Source: Podarcis cretensis
Lineage: Eukaryota
DNA length: 64,000 nt
Assembly: GCA_951804945.1 (NCBI GenBank)
Contig: OX638150.1
Location: 69,626,001-69,690,000 of the forward strand
Reading direction: 5' to 3'
Both the position numbers and the translations under genes were made by a program. The notes beneath the pieces were generated by a model, which made no database searches, was not told where the DNA came from, and worked only from the letters and a program-made list of their open reading frames with translations. Of this stretch, positions 60,409 to 64,000 are shown piece by piece; within the stretch, counting starts at the first letter, position 1, and each line of letters opens with the position of its first letter.

Positions 60409-61406
60409 GTGAGAAAGGACGGTGGATGATTGGATGGGGGGAAAGATGGATAATGGTAGTAGGGTATTCCTTTGCAGAGCTAGAAGCAGAGATTACCTTT
60501 CCTAATGGAGACGCTTGGGGGTGGGGACTATACTGTGCATGTCGTACCCCTGTAGAATATCCAATGAGATGAATGTGCTAAAGAGAGAGACAGAGAGATA
60601 AATGGCTGAAAACAAATTGCAAGACACACTGCCCCACTTGAGCATTAAGTTGCCAATCAATCAGTCAACATGACAGATCTATTCACTGTAGAATTATACA
60701 GAACAATCTACTGTTGTCTTTTGTCAATATATCAATCACAATATGACAGCTTCAGTCCATCAAAAGAGATGCTGCACTTCTCAGTGTATAAATCCTGAAA
60801 AGACAGACTGGATTTTGGACCCACTTTGTACAAGGAAGAATCCAGCCACTTTTAAGTCCCTTGATTTGAATGGAGAATTAGGACAGGCAGGTGAAAAATC
60901 AGACAGGGCCCTTGCAGCTTGAATAGTTGTGTAGACCAACACTCCTACATAGCTATTATTCCACTGATTAAAAACAAAAAGGCCTAAGTACATCTTAAGG
61001 GGTGGGGTGGGGTGGGGAATTGTAATGAAATGAATTCTGCCTAGGCTTTGAATGGCTAGAGCTTGAAAACAGCACACTGTATATGTAATTAAAATGTGGA
61101 AGAGCTAGGAAATTTCTGTTTAGCAAAAGCTCTAGGTTTTCACTGAAAGGCAACTGCCTTAAAATGGCTATGTGATGGCTCATATCTAAACATATGTTAG
61201 GCTCTCTCATTGAAATCAGTGGGATGCATTTTGTTTATGGTACTGATAGGCTCTGCAGCCAGGTACAGACAGGCTGTTTTTGCAGGCCAATGTACACACC
61301 GTGCAGCACAGCCATGTTCCCTCCAGCCCAGCTGGCTACCTGCTGTGGTCAAAGCAGGTTTAACCCCCCTGAAGCACGCTAACTGTGGATTTATTTGCTA
61401 TTGCAG

Positions 61407-61600
61407 AAGAAGAAGAAGTGCAAGAGGCAAATGCCTCTGAAATCAAGTATACCGATATAATTATCTACACTTCGGGGTCTTTAGCCATCGCGATGGCTAT
61501 TGTCATTGTTGTCTTGTGCCGGATGCAAACCCAGCCGAGCAAGCAGCCCTTGGAGCCCATGGCCGTACACAAACTCTCCAAATTCCCGCTCATTCGGCAG
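61407..61600 (+). CDS. FGFR4: FGFR4 exon 9 (transmembrane + juxtamembrane)
   Basis: KYTDIIIYTSGSLAIAMAIVIVVLCRMQ...VHKLSKFPLIRQ; 194 nt. Confidence 0.97.
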
Positions 61601-62034
61601 GTAGGTACTGAAAGACCCAGAACTAACCTTAAAGTACCCAGTAACCTTAAAGAAGGATCCATTGTGCCACTGCAGTGGTTTTCAAGGGCCCACAATGTTC
61701 TCTGCTGGCTCAGACCAAGAGTCAGCAATGGACAAAGTGAGGTACTCAGATCCTTGGAGTACAACAAATTATTCAGGGTAGTAAAATCCCAGTCAGACCA
61801 TGCAGATATCCGAAAACAGCTCTCCCAAGTTCAGCTAAACTGTCAGGGCAGCATCTGGTTGGCTAGATGGACCTTGTTTGCATTGTAGATGGCTCTTATT
61901 GCTGTTAGGTGTGCATGTTCTGCCCTGTCCCTTGTTTCATTGTGTCCTTTGTGCCCTTGTCTAGTCCGTTCTTGCTCTGGAGTAAAGCAGTGTCTGTGGG
62001 GCAATCTATTTGAATGTTGGGTCTTTCTCCACAG

Positions 62035-62180
62035 TTCTCCTTGGAATCCAGCTCCTCAGGGAAGTCCACCACATCACTGATGCGTGTCACCCGCCTCTCC
62101 TCAAGCTGCACACCCATGCTGGCTGGGGTCATGGAAGTGGAGCTGCCTCTGGACTCCAAGTGGGAATTCCCACGAGACAG
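62035..62180 (+). CDS. FGFR4: FGFR4 exon 10 (juxtamembrane)
   Basis: [49 protein letters not shown]; 146 nt; donor GTAAGT. Confidence 0.96.
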
Positions 62181-62859
62181 GTAAGTCTTGTGAAGTGCAG
62201 CGTAGCTTTCTTCTGCATGTGCCACTGAGGATGCTGGCCAGGCTCTCACATGACTCACACAAGCCCAGTGTCAGAATGGCAAAACCACCTTCTCACCAAA
62301 CTTGTATCAAAATGTGTGTTTATTAACACAAAGGGCTACTTTCCACATGTGGTACAGCTGCCCAATTGTCAGTGGCCATGCTTGCCTGTGTTCACAGAGA
62401 GGAAGCACCAGGTGAGCTGGAAGTTCACGTGTGCCTGGCTGCACAGGACTCTTGTTCCCACCAGCACAGTGGCTCCAAAAATGGCATCACAGCCGTCACA
62501 TACCACCTGGTACGCACGTGCTTCAGTTTCACATGTTATGTCCCCCTCACAAGTGAGGGCAAGCACAGCAAGTAGAGTGGCCAAGTACCACAAAGAGGGA
62601 AGGCAGTAGAGTGAATGAGAGTACTGCTTTCTTCAAAGAACAAATGGTTACAAAACCATTGTAACCCTGCTTAGCTCTGTGACTAAGGGGCTAGCTATAA
62701 AAATTGTCTGGTATCAAAAGCCGTGCAGTTTGTCTCTTGAATTGCTGCCTGTAGAACAAAGGTAAGGAACCTCAGACTGAGGGGCCAGGTGTGTGTGTAC
62801 GTCAGCTACTATACAATGGCAAAATTTACATCCATTGCCTCACTCACTTTTACACACAC

Positions 62860-63260
62860 ACATAATTTTATTGTATGCTGCCTTTCCATACTTCAAACCA
62901 TGCTCAAGGCAGCTTACAACATGGAACAAAATACATAACTACAACACAACAAAAGTAGTCACAAACAATAAATTAAACAATAAAAAACCACAAAACCAAA
63001 CTGAACAATTTCCACATAAAATGCAACAAAATCTAAAATAAAATACAAAAAAACTAATGGCAGCAACCATCCTCCCAAACAATACTCCAGGCCAAGAGTC
63101 TGTTCAGCAGCCTCAGCTTTTGTAGCTGGAGTCAGTCAGGGCCCCACCTTCCCAGGCCAGGTGGAAAGGGCAGACACAGCAGGGAGCGGGTCTTCCAGGA
63201 CTCACAGACAAGATGGACCTTTGTCTCTGGCATATGGCCCTCAGAAGATTGCCTAGAAGG
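62860..63260 (-). mobile_element. L2-like LINE 3' fragment in intron 10
   Basis: Same layout as the young L2 read on the + strand: TTTATTGTATGCTGCCTTT...CTCAAGGCAGCTTACAA, an A-rich stretch, then GTCAGGGCCC...GTGGAAAGGGC. Confidence 0.5.
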
Positions 63261-63664
63261 GAATGCTGCCCTTGTGCTGGAAAAGGTTTCCCACTCCAGC
63301 TGCTACAGTCTCTTGGAAATGAACTTGTTAGCAAATTCTTGGAAATGAAAGGAATTTGTTAGTCAATGCACTGTGTAGACATTGATGAACGCCCCCCAAT
63401 GATGCTTGTACATATCACCTCACCTCACAACTTGGGATAGCTGATGCATGGGCCTGGGAGAGAACATTGGGTCAGATTTCTATGTTGTGGTTGAGGCCCT
63501 GCAAATGCACCTGGTGCTAACATCTGATTCTGCCCCACTGCAGGGGACCTGCCAGCTTTTGGATACAGCCATGAGTTTAGGTCCCACCCACCCAAATGCA
63601 TCTGTACCCATGACGACATGAGATTGTCCTTTTAAGGAGGCTTTCTACCCTTCTTTTTCCTCAG

Positions 63665-63786
63665 GCTTGTGCTGGGCAAGCCACTGGGTGAGGGCTGCTT
63701 TGGGCAAGTGGTGAGAGCAGAAGCCTATGGCATCGATCAAGAACGGCCAGAGCGACCCATCACTGTGGCTGTCAAGATGCTCAAAG
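63665..63786 (+). CDS. FGFR4: FGFR4 exon 11 (kinase N-lobe, Gly-rich loop, VAVK)
   Basis: [24 protein letters not shown]...TVAVKMLK; 122 nt. Confidence 0.97.
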
Positions 63787-63904
63787 GTAAACACAATATA
63801 CAGGGTTAAGAGAGCTGAATCATTGGGCTTCAGTCCTTCCACTGTTGGATTCTAGTCTAGATCATGGGACGCCCCAGTCTGACCTCCTTCTGTTGCCTTG
63901 CCAG

Positions 63905-64000
63905 ATAATGCCACTGACAAAGACTTGGCTGACCTCATCTCAGAAATGGAAATGATGAAACTGATGGACCAACACAAGAATATAATCAACCTGTTAGGAG
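63905..64000 (+). CDS. FGFR4: FGFR4 exon 12 (kinase alphaC), cut by the window end
   Basis: [32 protein letters not shown] after acceptor TTGCCAG. Confidence 0.96.

Overview
Vertebrate genomic DNA, almost certainly from a squamate and probably a lacertid lizard (full-length Sauria SINE, squamate-type L2/CR1/L1 LINEs and MITEs). Three zones. (1) 1-~7170: the 3' ~7.2 kb of a near-intact class I (gamma-like, ERV3/HERV-I-type env) endogenous retrovirus on the + strand. It has an open gag (5' end outside the window), an in-frame UAG followed by an MLV-like readthrough pseudoknot, pro-pol with one visible +1 frameshift at ~2280, an unexpected 128-codon ORF filling the pol-env gap, an open 498-aa env with a two-hydrophobic-segment leader, a PPT and a ~660-bp 3' LTR. 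(2) ~7.2-44 kb: intergenic DNA with many TE fragments, an orphan CpG island at ~19.7-20.4 kb and several enhancer-like motif clusters; I found no host coding exons there. (3) ~44.4-64 kb: the FGFR4 gene on the + strand (CpG-island promoter, non-coding exon 1, coding exons 2-12, running off the window inside the kinase domain), with a young antisense L2 LINE in intron 2. The best candidate for something undescribed is the retroviral pol-ORFX-env arrangement, with a possible splice acceptor ahead of each ORF and a long env leader. A second oddity is the long stop-free read-through of FGFR4 introns 3-9.
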